A DNA stretch of 60,525 nt. Source: an uncultured Pseudomonadota bacterium. GTDB taxonomy: Bacteria; Pseudomonadota; Alphaproteobacteria; RUG11792. The stretch spans positions 1 to 60,525 of the forward strand of contig CACYBM010000033.1 in assembly GCA_902772645.1 (NCBI GenBank), read 5' to 3'. Made by a program: the position numbers and the translations under genes. Positions 1-10,080 of the stretch are shown in pieces; position 1 is the first letter of the stretch; every line of letters starts with the position of its first letter. The notes under the pieces are model-generated. The model made no database searches. It was given only the letters and a program-made list of their open reading frames with translations, and had not been told where the DNA came from.

Positions 1-95
1 AACCTTTTAAAAGCATAATCTTCTGTTGGTCTAAGTGTTAATTCATCACTATCATTCATCATTATCATTCTTACATAACATATTACTTCTTTCAT
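1..95 (-). CDS. N-terminal 31 codons of an unidentified protein; the gene runs off the left edge of the window
   Basis: ATG at 93-95 (reverse strand) opens a stop-free frame to position 1: MKEVICYVRMIMMNDSDELTLRPTEDYAFKR. Too short to assign a family. Confidence 0.3.
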   Translation of the reverse strand, partial: MKEVICYVRMIMMNDSDELTLRPTEDYAFKR

Positions 96-417
96 TATAT
101 CATCTTAATTATTTATATTAAATATAAATAATATTCAAAATATCCCTGCAATATTTTTAAAACACTGTAGATCTTATTCGTACTATTAATTGTATTTACC
201 ATTCATAACTTGCTATTTCAAAATAATAATCATATGATATGTTGCTCAATTACTATATTTCTTATAATATTGTAACGTTACTTAATAAATAAAAATTCTT
301 GTATACCTTTGACCTCCAGATTGATTTTTTTCGTAAAAAAAATTAACTTGATTTGTTCTTTTTGATAGAATTATAATAGATAATATAGTAGTATCTGTTT
401 TTTAAAAAAAAGTAAAT

Positions 418-954
418 ATGATTAATAATTTATTAAAGACAGTTGTTGGCTTATGTTTAGGCTTATATGCTTTCAATTCTAATAATTTGTATAGTGCGCA
501 ACAAGAAGATTCAATTCTTGGCAAAGCAGCGATGAACTACATGATTAATAGTGAAATACCTGACAATTTTGAAAGACAATTTGATAGTATGGTTGATTAT
601 AATTACATTGAATGTGAATATTCAGCACTAAAAGAGTAAGCTATCAATAACAGTGATAAGGAAGTAATATCTACTCCAAATGTAAATATATTTGATGACA
701 ACGTAACTTGGCTAGAGCAAATGGCTGGCAACCTGTGTGATCTATATTTAAAAGACAATAATAATAAATCTATAAAAGAAACAGCTTATGATTATATTTT
801 TAAATTTGAAGGCCAATATCTCATTATAAAGAACTATTTAGAGGAACTTTATAGTGAACATGGCATAATAGATCAAAATGTGAGTTTAGCTCAATACACA
901 AGATATGTTAATTTCAAAAATGCATATGAAGCGATAGACTATATGACCAGATAA
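418..954 (+). pseudogene. Small signal-peptide protein gene interrupted by a single in-frame TAA (637-639)
   Basis: Track ORFs 418-639 and 721-954 share the same frame. The 81 nt between them have no other stop. The N-terminus MINNLLKTVVGLCLGLYAFNSNNLYSA looks like a Sec signal peptide. No recognisable family. Confidence 0.45.
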
Positions 955-1418
955 CCAAAAGGTAAATATATAAAATCCATTAGTTGTTAATCACATTGAT
1001 AAAAAGTCAATAAAACTTTATGTGTAAATAGTATATATTATACAATGTGTATATATTTATAGTATGTTTTATTATGTGGTTAAAATTTGCTAATAATAAT
1101 AACAATTATATAGTATGAATTTTCCAGATGTCATACTATTTTTACTCGCTTATTACATGTAAATATTAATATTATTATTAGTATTGGTATCATATTATAT
1201 TTTTAAGTGTAATAAACATTTCTTATTTATTAATATATGTTAGTTTTATTTTATAAAACTTATGCAATTGTTAAAATAAGGTTCTACACAATCTTCTTTA
1301 TATAATCTATATCTTTATATAATTTATATCATCAAAATTAAGTTATATTTCTATTTTTTATGTTTATCTTCTGTTATATAATAAATGAAATCTTCATAGT
1401 TAATAATATACATAAATA

Positions 1419-1895
1419 ATGCAAAGGTTTTTAGGAATAGATCCTGGATTAAACAATACCGGTTGGGGAATAGTTGAATATAAAAGTGGTAATAATTATA
1501 GTTTAATTGACTATGGAATATTTAAAACCAAACCATCTGATAGTTTAGAAATACGATTAAATTTTATTTTTGATTCAATATTTAACTTGATAAGATTGAA
1601 AAAACCTGATAGAATTTCAATGGAAAGAGTATTTGTTAATGTGAATCCTGCTAGTAGTGAAAAGTTAATTATGGCTAGAACTGCTTCATTTTTGGCTGTT
1701 GCTAAATCAGGATATAGCATAGTTGAATTCTCACCAAATGAAATAAAAAAAGCTATTACTAACAATGGTAGAAGTAGTAAGGATATTGTTAAAAGTAAGG
1801 TACAACAAATACTAAATATAAAAGAAAGAATAAAAAAATCTGATGCTGCGGATGCTTTAGCAATAGCAATATGTATTGGATTGGTAAAAAAATAA
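1419..1895 (+). CDS. ruvC: Crossover junction endodeoxyribonuclease RuvC
   Basis: 158 aa. RuvC signatures: N-terminal LGIDPGLNNTGWGIV (catalytic Asp), ISMERVFVNVNPASS, and C-terminal SDAADALAIAICI. Confidence 0.93.
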   Translation: MQRFLGIDPGLNNTGWGIVEYKSGNNYSLIDYGIFKTKPSDSLEIRLNFIFDSIFNLIRLKKPDRISMERVFVNVNPASSEKLIMARTASFLAVAKSGYSIVEFSPNEIKKAITNNGRSSKDIVKSKVQQILNIKERIKKSDAADALAIAICIGLVKK

Positions 1896-1970
1896 TTATT
1901 ACTTTGAGTGATGGACAGAGAACATGGTATTAATGCACTTTCCTGAGTAAAATAAAAGATAAATAGTACT

Positions 1971-2046
1971 ACGGATGCTTTAGCAATAGCAGTGTGTATT
2001 GGATTAGTAAAAAAAATGGTTGTTACTTTATGTGATGAAGTAGAGA
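1971..2046 (+). repeat. Degenerate second copy of the last ~70 nt of ruvC plus its 3' flank (copy 1 = 1849-1917)
   Basis: Hand alignment of 1849-1917 against 1971-2046 gives 62 of 73 aligned positions identical plus two 1-nt indels. Copy 2 would encode ...DALAIAVCIGLVKK but has no upstream ORF. Confidence 0.8.
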
Positions 2047-2441
2047 GTCTGTTATGAAAATATCTTGTTATATTAGATATAGCAAGTTGAATATTATTTA
2101 ACAGAATAAAGAAATGAGATATTTAATAGGAATACTAAAGATGGTTGTACTATATCCAATGTGTTTGATATAGTAATTAGAAATTGGTATATGACTAGTT
2201 TTTTATTAAGATATTAGCAATATACAAAAATATATACTACTGTTGCTAATTTATTAAATATATCAGTACATATTGAAGTAATACACTGATTTTATTACTT
2301 ATTGCAATGAATGGAAATGAATAGGTGGAAAAAATAAATGAGATTATGAATGTTTTAAATGTATTAAAGCATATTGAATTAATAATAGATATTAATTAAT
2401 TTAGTCTTATAGAATAGTTTAGAAAAAGAAAAGAGGATGGT

Positions 2442-3719
2442 ATGAGTAATATTTTATTAGTGGGATATGGGATGTCTGGAGTATCAGTATTTAACTTTCT
2501 GCAATCTAAAGGAAATAATGTATTGGTATATGATGATTACAAAAATGAAGAAATACCAAATAAGGTAAATACTATAGATTGGAATGATATAGATTATGTA
2601 GTAAAAAGTCCTTCAATACATATTATGCATCATAATATACATCCAATAATAAAAGGAGCAATTGAAAACAATAAAGAAATATATTCTACATTTGATATAT
2701 TTAAATTATATAATCCTAATGCTAAAATTATTGGTATTACTGGCACTAATGGTAAATCAACTACTACATCATTAGTATATAGTATAATGAAGAAGGCAGG
2801 ACTATCTGTGCAAATGGGAGGTAATATAGGCATCCCATATAATGATTTAGAATCATCTGAATACTATGTATTTGAAATGTCATCATATGAAATATCAAGT
2901 TCAAAAATGTTAGATTTCTTTATAGGTGCTCTATTAAATATAGAACCTGATCATTTAGAATGGCATGGATCATTTGAGAATTATATCGCCTCTAAACAAA
3001 CATTATTAAATAATAGTAAATTTAAAGTAATATCATATGAAGATAAATACACTATCGATAAGTATAATGATAATACATTAACGGTATCTATAGGTAATAA
3101 TAATCAAGCTTCATACTATATAAAAGAGAAATTATTAATGTGTAATAATGATATTATACTTGATTTATCTAATGTAAAACATCTTATAGGTTCTCATAAC
3201 TATCAGAACATAATGTTTGCATATGCAATATGTAAATCTTTAAATATAGATGATAATATAATAACTAATACTATAAATAATTTCGAACCACTTCCTCATA
3301 GAATGAATATAGTAAGAAAAAGAAATAATATATTATTTGTAAATGATAGTAAGGGAACCAATCCAGGATCATCTGCAAGAGCACTAGATACATTTATGGG
3401 ATATAAAATATTTTGGCTTGTAGGTGGAAGAAGTAAGAAAGTAGATCCTTTACCATATATTAGTAAATACTTAGATAGTATCCAAAAAGTATATTTATTT
3501 GGTGAATCTGTTAATGAATTTTCCAGAACATTTAAAGGTATTAAGGATTACATTACGTTTAAAACAATGGAAGACGCCTTAAAAAAAGCATATTCAGATG
3601 CTAGCAATGAAACTGGAACAAGTGTAGTATTATTGTCTCCAATGTGTGCTAGTTTTGATCAGTTTCAAAGTTTTGAACATAGAGGAAATGTTTTTGTAGA
3701 ATTAGTTAAATCATTATAA
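2442..3719 (+). CDS. murD: UDP-N-acetylmuramoyl-L-alanine--D-glutamate ligase
   Basis: 425 aa. Mur ligase P-loop GITGTNGKSTTT and C-terminal HRMN...NDSKGTNP. SD AGAGGA sits just upstream. ftsW follows 3 nt later, as in dcw clusters. Confidence 0.92.
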   Translation: MSNILLVGYGMSGVSVFNFLQSKGNNVLVYDDYKNEEIPNKVNTIDWNDIDYVVKSPSIHIMHHNIHPIIKGAIENNKEIYSTFDIFKLYNPNAKIIGITGTNGKSTTTSLVYSIMKKAGLSVQMGGNIGIPYNDLESSEYYVFEMSSYEISSSKMLDFFIGALLNIEPDHLEWHGSFENYIASKQTLLNNSKFKVISYEDKYTIDKYNDNTLTVSIGNNNQASYYIKEKLLMCNNDIILDLSNVKHLIGSHNYQNIMFAYAICKSLNIDDNIITNTINNFEPLPHRMNIVRKRNNILFVNDSKGTNPGSSARALDTFMGYKIFWLVGGRSKKVDPLPYISKYLDSIQKVYLFGESVNEFSRTFKGIKDYITFKTMEDALKKAYSDASNETGTSVVLLSPMCASFDQFQSFEHRGNVFVELVKSL

Positions 3720-3722
3720 ATA

Positions 3723-4841
3723 ATGGCTGATATATCTAGTATTTTTAGAAAGTGGTTTGCTTCAATAGACCAATTTTTACTATTTACTGTACTCATTATA
3801 ATTGCAATAGGAATATGGGTTAGTATAACTTCCACTCCAGCAATAGCATTAAAATTAGAATTAGAACCTTTTCATTTTGTAAAACAACATATAGCGCTAA
3901 TACCAATTGTGTTAGTACTAATAGCAGTGATATCATCGTTGCAACCGAAACATATAAGATTGTTATCATTACTTGGGTATTTTGGATCTATTGTATTGAT
4001 AATATGTACTATATTGTTTGGTACTGAAATAAAGGGAGCTAAGAGATGGATGAATATTTTTGGATTTTCTTTACAACCATCTGAATTCTTAAAACCTGTA
4101 TTAACAATATTAACTGCTTGGTTAATAGCAGAACAATATAAAAATGCAAAATTCCAAGGGATATTTATATCGTTGATAAGTATATGTTTAGTATTACCAT
4201 TACTTTTATTCCAACCTGACGTAGGAATGACATTAGTAATTGTTACTACTTGGTTAGCACAATTGTTTATATCTGGACTATCTATTACTATGATATTAAC
4301 GTTTATATTTAGTAGTATTGGGGCTCTTAGTGGTTTATATTTTATATTTCCTCACTTTACAGATCGTGTTAATAGATTCTTTGGGAGTAATGGAGAGGAT
4401 ACTGATTTATATCAGATACACAAATCATTGGAAGCGTTTAAAAATGGTGGATGGTTTGGAAAAGGTCCTGGAGAAGGTACTGTAAAAATGAATGTTCCAG
4501 ACTGCCATTCAGATTTTATATTCTCAGTAATTGGAGAGGAATTTGGTTTACTAGTATGCATAATAATAATATCTCTATTTGTTATATTAGCACTAAGACC
4601 ATTAATTAAGGTTTTAAAATCGTCTAGTATGTTTTGCTACTCAGCAGTATTTGGGATTGTTTTTCAAATAATATTACAAATAACGATAAATATTAGTACA
4701 GCACTAAACTTAATACCTACAAAAGGCATGACATTGCCTTTCATAAGTTATGGAGGCAGCGCAATGTTATCCTCAGCAATTAATATAGGATTTTTATTAG
4801 TATTAACAAAATATGATTCATTAATGTATGAAGAGATTTAA
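3723..4841 (+). CDS. ftsW: SEDS-family peptidoglycan polymerase, FtsW by position after murD
   Basis: 372 aa polytopic membrane protein. FtsW/RodA motifs: GFSLQPSEFLKP, PDCHSDFIFSVIGEEFG, LIPTKGMTLPFISYGGSAML. FtsW versus RodA is assigned from synteny only. Confidence 0.8.
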   Translation: MADISSIFRKWFASIDQFLLFTVLIIIAIGIWVSITSTPAIALKLELEPFHFVKQHIALIPIVLVLIAVISSLQPKHIRLLSLLGYFGSIVLIICTILFGTEIKGAKRWMNIFGFSLQPSEFLKPVLTILTAWLIAEQYKNAKFQGIFISLISICLVLPLLLFQPDVGMTLVIVTTWLAQLFISGLSITMILTFIFSSIGALSGLYFIFPHFTDRVNRFFGSNGEDTDLYQIHKSLEAFKNGGWFGKGPGEGTVKMNVPDCHSDFIFSVIGEEFGLLVCIIIISLFVILALRPLIKVLKSSSMFCYSAVFGIVFQIILQITINISTALNLIPTKGMTLPFISYGGSAMLSSAINIGFLLVLTKYDSLMYEEI

Positions 4842-5533
4842 ATAGTGTTATATTTAATATATTATTGATTAGATTAGCAATATATTAACACATTATTTAA
4901 ATATAAATATTTAAATATGATGGTAGAAGTTATTTAAACGTATAGTAAAAAAATATAAATATAGTTATATTTGAATGGTTTTGTTCAAATTAAATGAGTA
5001 ATTATAATTATTTTTGTTCATTTGAATACCAAATATTATTATGATATTTATAAAAAATATATCTATTTTATAATATCTTTGTTAATTTGGATAAAAATGT
5101 ATCATATCATTGTAAAAATTTAATAGTATTAGTAATTGCGTTTATGTTAATTGAAGATTAATGGGTAAAATAAAACTCAATAATAACATTACCCCACAAT
5201 AAGATTGTGTACTAAATTTCAGATGATGTGTATATTATTTATCAAGATTTTTAAAATTTAAATAAATATACAAATTATCTTATTTTATAAGATATTTGTT
5301 ACTACTAATTATAGTAGTTATATGTTTATATGGTTATATTCATAATATAATAACACATTAATGAATATCCATCACTAGTAATCAATATTCATATTAGCAT
5401 CTTATCGTTACATGTATTAGTTTACTTTCCTACCAATAATAATAAAATATCTTAATACAATATTATTCCACTCAATTACATATCCAACGACATTACTCTA
5501 CAAATACTGTATGCAATTATATCTACTCAAGAC

Positions 5534-6475
5534 TCATTTATCTTCTTCTTGTGCTTTATTATTTGCTGCAGCAGCTCCGCATAGTAGGTCCGATGCTAAT
5601 CCGAAGTGTGATACAGTATTAGTTAAATCAGATGACATATATATCTTCGTTGCTTTACCATTAGCTACGTATTTCATCGCGTCTATGCCCTTTAATTTCA
5701 ATACTGTATTGGATATATTTGTATTATTAATCATCGACAGTCCATCAGCCTCAGCTTTATATGTCAATAATATTGATTTTGCTCTTCCTTCTGCCAATGT
5801 TATCTGGGATTCTCTTTCCGCCTCTGCAGCCAATATCTTAGCTTTCTTATCACCTTCAGCTCTTGCAACTACTGCTTCTTGATGAGCTTTTGCTTCCAAT
5901 ACTGTTTGCCTACGTTCTCTTTCAGCTCTCATCTGTCTACTCATTACATCTTCCAGTTCTCTGCTTAATATTATCTGTTTTATTTCAACTCTATTTACTT
6001 TTATCCCCCAAGGATCTGTAGCTTCATCAAGTATTACTTCTAACTTCTTGTTTACTGATTCCCTAGATGTTAAAAGCTGATCTAATTCAAGTTCTCCTAC
6101 TATGTTTCTTAATGTAGTAGCAGAAATATTTTGCATACCTAGTACTGCATTTTCAACACCATAACTAAATAATTTAGGATCAAAAACTCTACAAAATACA
6201 ACAAAATCGATGCTTACAATAACATTATCATGAGTAATCATTGGTTGAGGAGGAAAATCAAAGACTTGTTCCTTTAACGATACCCTATTAACTATACGAT
6301 CTATTAAAGGTACCATAATATGCAGTCCTGCATCCCAGGTACAATTATATTTACCTAATCTTTCAATAATATACTTTTTAGATTGCGGTACTATCTTTAT
6401 AGCAGAACAAATGCCTGCAACTATTACTCCAAGCAAAATAAATGTTAAATTGTAGCTCATAATAATATGTAACAT
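5534..6475 (-). CDS. SPFH/band-7 (stomatin/QmcA-like) membrane protein
   Basis: 313 aa. N-terminal TM, then the SPFH core (IVPQSKKYIIERLGKY, ATDPWGIKVNRVEIKQI) and an Ala/Glu/Arg-rich coiled-coil tail. An alternative ATG lies at 6460. Confidence 0.85.
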   Translation of the reverse strand: MLHIIMSYNLTFILLGVIVAGICSAIKIVPQSKKYIIERLGKYNCTWDAGLHIMVPLIDRIVNRVSLKEQVFDFPPQPMITHDNVIVSIDFVVFCRVFDPKLFSYGVENAVLGMQNISATTLRNIVGELELDQLLTSRESVNKKLEVILDEATDPWGIKVNRVEIKQIILSRELEDVMSRQMRAERERRQTVLEAKAHQEAVVARAEGDKKAKILAAEAERESQITLAEGRAKSILLTYKAEADGLSMINNTNISNTVLKLKGIDAMKYVANGKATKIYMSSDLTNTVSHFGLASDLLCGAAAANNKAQEEDK

Positions 6476-6747
6476 GTAGTATATGTTTATATACTAACAC
6501 ATTGTTATTTATATAACAAGTAAATCAATATTAATATTACTATTTATAGTAATACAGTTCACTGCTATAGTATTTTTGTTATTATATAAAGTAAATGTAT
6601 ACGTGATATAAGATTTAAATTCCAGTATTGCTTTATCTATAACAATGCATTATCAAAATAAATAACTGCAATTTCTATTTAATATTTCGTACCTAAAATT
6701 ACTACTATTAAATATTTCTGTAACAATTCAATATATATTATTATCTA

Positions 6748-7581
6748 TTACCATTCCATATATTCCTTCTTATCCATTAAAAATGTTCCGCCCCATCTTA
6801 TAGGTTTTATACCAATACATTGTCCATTCCTGTTAATTTCAAATACTACTCCACATGCACAAGCGCTATTCTTTTTACTTGCTGGTATTAATTTCGCATG
6901 GGCATTTATTTTACTTGTAAATCTCAGAATAGGGGAATTAGTTTCCATTCCTATTACTGAGTCGTAGTCACCACACATACCACAATCTGATATGTATCCA
7001 GTACCATTAGATAATATTTGTGCATCAGCGGTAGGAACATGCGTATGAGTACCAAATAGTCCTGATATTCTCCCATCCAGATAATAAGCCATTGCTATTT
7101 TTTCTGAACTAGCCTCGGCATGGAAATCTATAAATATTGCATCTGCATTTAATCCTAATTTATTAATACTTAGGAATTCATTAATTGTATGAAACGGATC
7201 ATCATTATACTCCATAAATAATCTTCCGATGAGATTAATTACCATTATATTTAACCCATTCCTATTTACAATTGTATATCCATGTCCTATAGTGCCTTTT
7301 GGATAATTCAATGGTCTTACAAGATTAGGATTTCTGTCAAACATCTGTAGATCGTTTTTCTGATCAAAAGAATGATTGCCAAGCGTTACTACATCAATTC
7401 CTTCACTAATAAATTTATCATAAATCTTTTGTGTAATACCAAAACCATGTGCAGAATTTTCACCATTAACTATAATCAAATTAAATAGATGCTTGTTAAT
7501 TCTTAAGTATTCAATTAATACATTCCTACCTACTTCTCCACAAACATCTCCAAAGCATGCAACTTTTAATGTATTACTCAT
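6748..7581 (-). CDS. YmdB-like (TIGR00282-type) metallophosphoesterase
   Basis: 277 aa. Calcineurin-like motifs in YmdB order: FGDVCG, VNGENSAHGFGIT, GNHSFD, DFHAEASSEK, GTHTHVPT. Confidence 0.8.
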   Translation of the reverse strand: MSNTLKVACFGDVCGEVGRNVLIEYLRINKHLFNLIIVNGENSAHGFGITQKIYDKFISEGIDVVTLGNHSFDQKNDLQMFDRNPNLVRPLNYPKGTIGHGYTIVNRNGLNIMVINLIGRLFMEYNDDPFHTINEFLSINKLGLNADAIFIDFHAEASSEKIAMAYYLDGRISGLFGTHTHVPTADAQILSNGTGYISDCGMCGDYDSVIGMETNSPILRFTSKINAHAKLIPASKKNSACACGVVFEINRNGQCIGIKPIRWGGTFLMDKKEYMEW

Positions 7582-7691
7582 AATCTAACATTACCCATTA
7601 AAAATAGTATTTTAACATATATTATATATAAATACCATATTTTGATACATGGTGCATACATCCTGTTTCTATTCACATTTTTTGTACACTA

Positions 7692-9170
7692 CTATGTTCT
7701 CTCATTAATTGATTTTACATCATTATCATTTTCTAGTACTTTACTTAAATTGTCTTCCTTTATTCTTACGTATATTTGTGTTTTTATTTTTTCCATGTTT
7801 TTGTTAAATTTTTGCAATAGTTTTTCGTGAGATATAATAGTGTTGATTGTTTCATCACTTGGTATTTCTGCTTTTGGAACAATTTCAGATTCTATGAATA
7901 ATATCTTTATAGGACTCGTCTCATCAACTCTTAACATACCAGTTCTATTTGTACTTTTGTTCCTTGCTATTAATTCTTTCTGGATCATGTCTGGATTTGT
8001 TATTGTTTGCTTTTGTGTTTTTACTTTATATATTTCACATCTCTGATTGAAATCATCTATTGATTCGGATGCTGATATAGATTGTAATTTCTCTTGCAAT
8101 TTTATAAATTCTTCCCTGCTTTGTACATTTATTGGTATTTCTCCAGTAACAACGTTATATGTAGTTGCACTTTGTCCAGCTTTGTTTGGTTCTGCCTTGT
8201 CAATTAAATATAATATTTTATATCCATTTTTCATTTTTATTATGTCGGAATATGTTCCTACTTTCATATTCTTTAATTTATTCTTTATTTGATTTGGTAA
8301 TGTATCTTCATTCTTCCACTTCATTTCATCTAGTGATATATTATCATTATTAGACAGATTTTCTGCTATAATACTAAAACTAAATCCACTTTCAAGTAAT
8401 TCTATAATGGAGTTTGCTTGTTTCTCTACTTTGTCCTTATTTCTTACATCGTCTATTCTTAAAAATATTTCATGGAATTTATATCGAGTCTTTCTTATAT
8501 TACTACTATATTGACTTTTATATTGCTTTATATCATCAGCATTTTGTTGCTTCATATCATTTTCCATTATCTGATAAAATATATTTAATACCAATTTAGA
8601 ACGCAGGTTTCTTCGGAATATCTTCATGTCTATACCAGCTGCTTCAAATGCTTTACCAAGTTCTTCAACATTTTTATTATTATTTTTAGCTATTTCTTCT
8701 ATTTTCTTATCTACTAATGTTTCATCTATCGGTATTCCATGTAATTTAGCGAATTGCTGACGAATACTGTCATTAACTAATATATTTAATACTGAACTTA
8801 ATATTAACTTTGCACAATTCTTATCATAAGGTTTATTAGAAGCAAAGCATATGAATTTTATAGCATTCAATATATCGATGTTCGTTATTATATCATCACC
8901 AACATTTGCTACTACAAAATAGTCTTTACTTTTTATATCCTTTTTATTTACTTTATTTTTATTCTTTTCAGTTTTTAAACTATTGTTGATTGCAAGAATA
9001 CGTACCGCATCTAACACTTTAGTTTTTGATTTTTTAGATGCAATTCCAGGTATTTTACTTTGAAATAACTGCTCTGGGATGGATTTACCAAGTAAATTAG
9101 CATCTATTGTTTTAGCATTTAATGTATTGACAATAATACAAGATACAATTAATAATTTTATATATTTCAT
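7692..9170 (-). CDS. surA: SurA-like periplasmic chaperone with parvulin PPIase domain
   Basis: 492 aa. Signal peptide MKYIKLLIVSCIIVNTLNA. SurA N-domain-like VVANVGDDIITNIDILNAI...IDETLVDKKIEEIAKNN...FRRNLRSKLV. Parvulin-like FHEIFLRID...GFSFSIIAENLS...GYKILYLIDK. Confidence 0.65.
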   Translation of the reverse strand: MKYIKLLIVSCIIVNTLNAKTIDANLLGKSIPEQLFQSKIPGIASKKSKTKVLDAVRILAINNSLKTEKNKNKVNKKDIKSKDYFVVANVGDDIITNIDILNAIKFICFASNKPYDKNCAKLILSSVLNILVNDSIRQQFAKLHGIPIDETLVDKKIEEIAKNNNKNVEELGKAFEAAGIDMKIFRRNLRSKLVLNIFYQIMENDMKQQNADDIKQYKSQYSSNIRKTRYKFHEIFLRIDDVRNKDKVEKQANSIIELLESGFSFSIIAENLSNNDNISLDEMKWKNEDTLPNQIKNKLKNMKVGTYSDIIKMKNGYKILYLIDKAEPNKAGQSATTYNVVTGEIPINVQSREEFIKLQEKLQSISASESIDDFNQRCEIYKVKTQKQTITNPDMIQKELIARNKSTNRTGMLRVDETSPIKILFIESEIVPKAEIPSDETINTIISHEKLLQKFNKNMEKIKTQIYVRIKEDNLSKVLENDNDVKSINERT

Positions 9171-9397
9171 AATCTAATATGTAACTGTAATTCATATCTC
9201 TAATATTAATTTAACATGAAACACAGGATGCTAAGAAACTAAAAATTAGCCCATAACGTTGTAATATAGAATTGATGGTATATTGCATTCTATAAATTAG
9301 TATTATAATATATTTGAACTACAAATACTATCAATAATTCATTCTGTTATTAATAATGAATTCTACTTACAATGAAAATACCATAATTATGTTTGTA

Positions 9398-9655
9398 TTA
9401 AAATATTTTGGTAATATTCAAATCATTATTGGCTTGTATTTCATTAATAAGCTTGCTACTTGATATTTTGTTTCTTTCAGATGTTTCAAGGAATAAACCA
9501 ATGTGTCCTAATTTTTTATTAACTTTGTAATCCTATTAGGTCTTTATGCGTCGTATATTGCTGGCTATTTATAATATTGCATGAAGATAGATCACTTGTA
9601 TTAAGCGTTCCGAAATTAAAACGATTTTGTCTTGCAATATCACATTATGTACCAT
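9398..9655 (-). pseudogene. Possible relic of an XRE-type helix-turn-helix gene
   Basis: The reverse strand reads IASNIRRIKT-stop-stop-DYKVNKKLGHIGLFLETSERNKISSSKLINEIQANNDLNI. This loosely resembles the XRE HTH layout. The frame is broken by TAA TAG. Weak call. Confidence 0.2.
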
Positions 9656-10080
9656 TTATACCATGGCATTAATGTAATTAATGAAGATAACATAAACTAT
9701 TCTTATAAGTGTATTATTAAAACATTGTATTTACACAGTCAATACATCACAATAAACATATATATTTATTTAGAAATATCTTTATTATTTATAATAATAC
9801 ATAAAAACTTTATTGAAATATTTTTACATTTTATATCGTATAAGATACCATTGATTGTTATATAATACAAAATATTATTAAAGATTTACATATACATTAC
9901 ATAATATAGTATTAAACAATTTATTAGATGTTTTTATTATTTAATAATAATAACAAATAACACTGAATATTTGCTAATATTTAATATATTTGAATTTCTC
10001 TAGCAATAACAATGCTTTCCCCATGATATATAAAAAATATATTGTAATACTTTTGCTTATTATATCATATAAAATATCAA

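Noticed and set aside
637-639. Considered a stop-codon reassignment or alternative genetic code to explain the in-frame TAA
   Set aside because: All conserved genes in the window end at sensible positions with TAA/TAG. Trp is encoded by TGG, and no conserved protein needs read-through. The standard code fits.
1151-1165. TTACATGTAA-type palindromes in several intergenic regions (about 1153, 5409, 17711), considered as a possible shared operator
   Set aside because: These are short AT-rich palindromes expected at appreciable frequency in this composition. They show no consistent distance to start codons.
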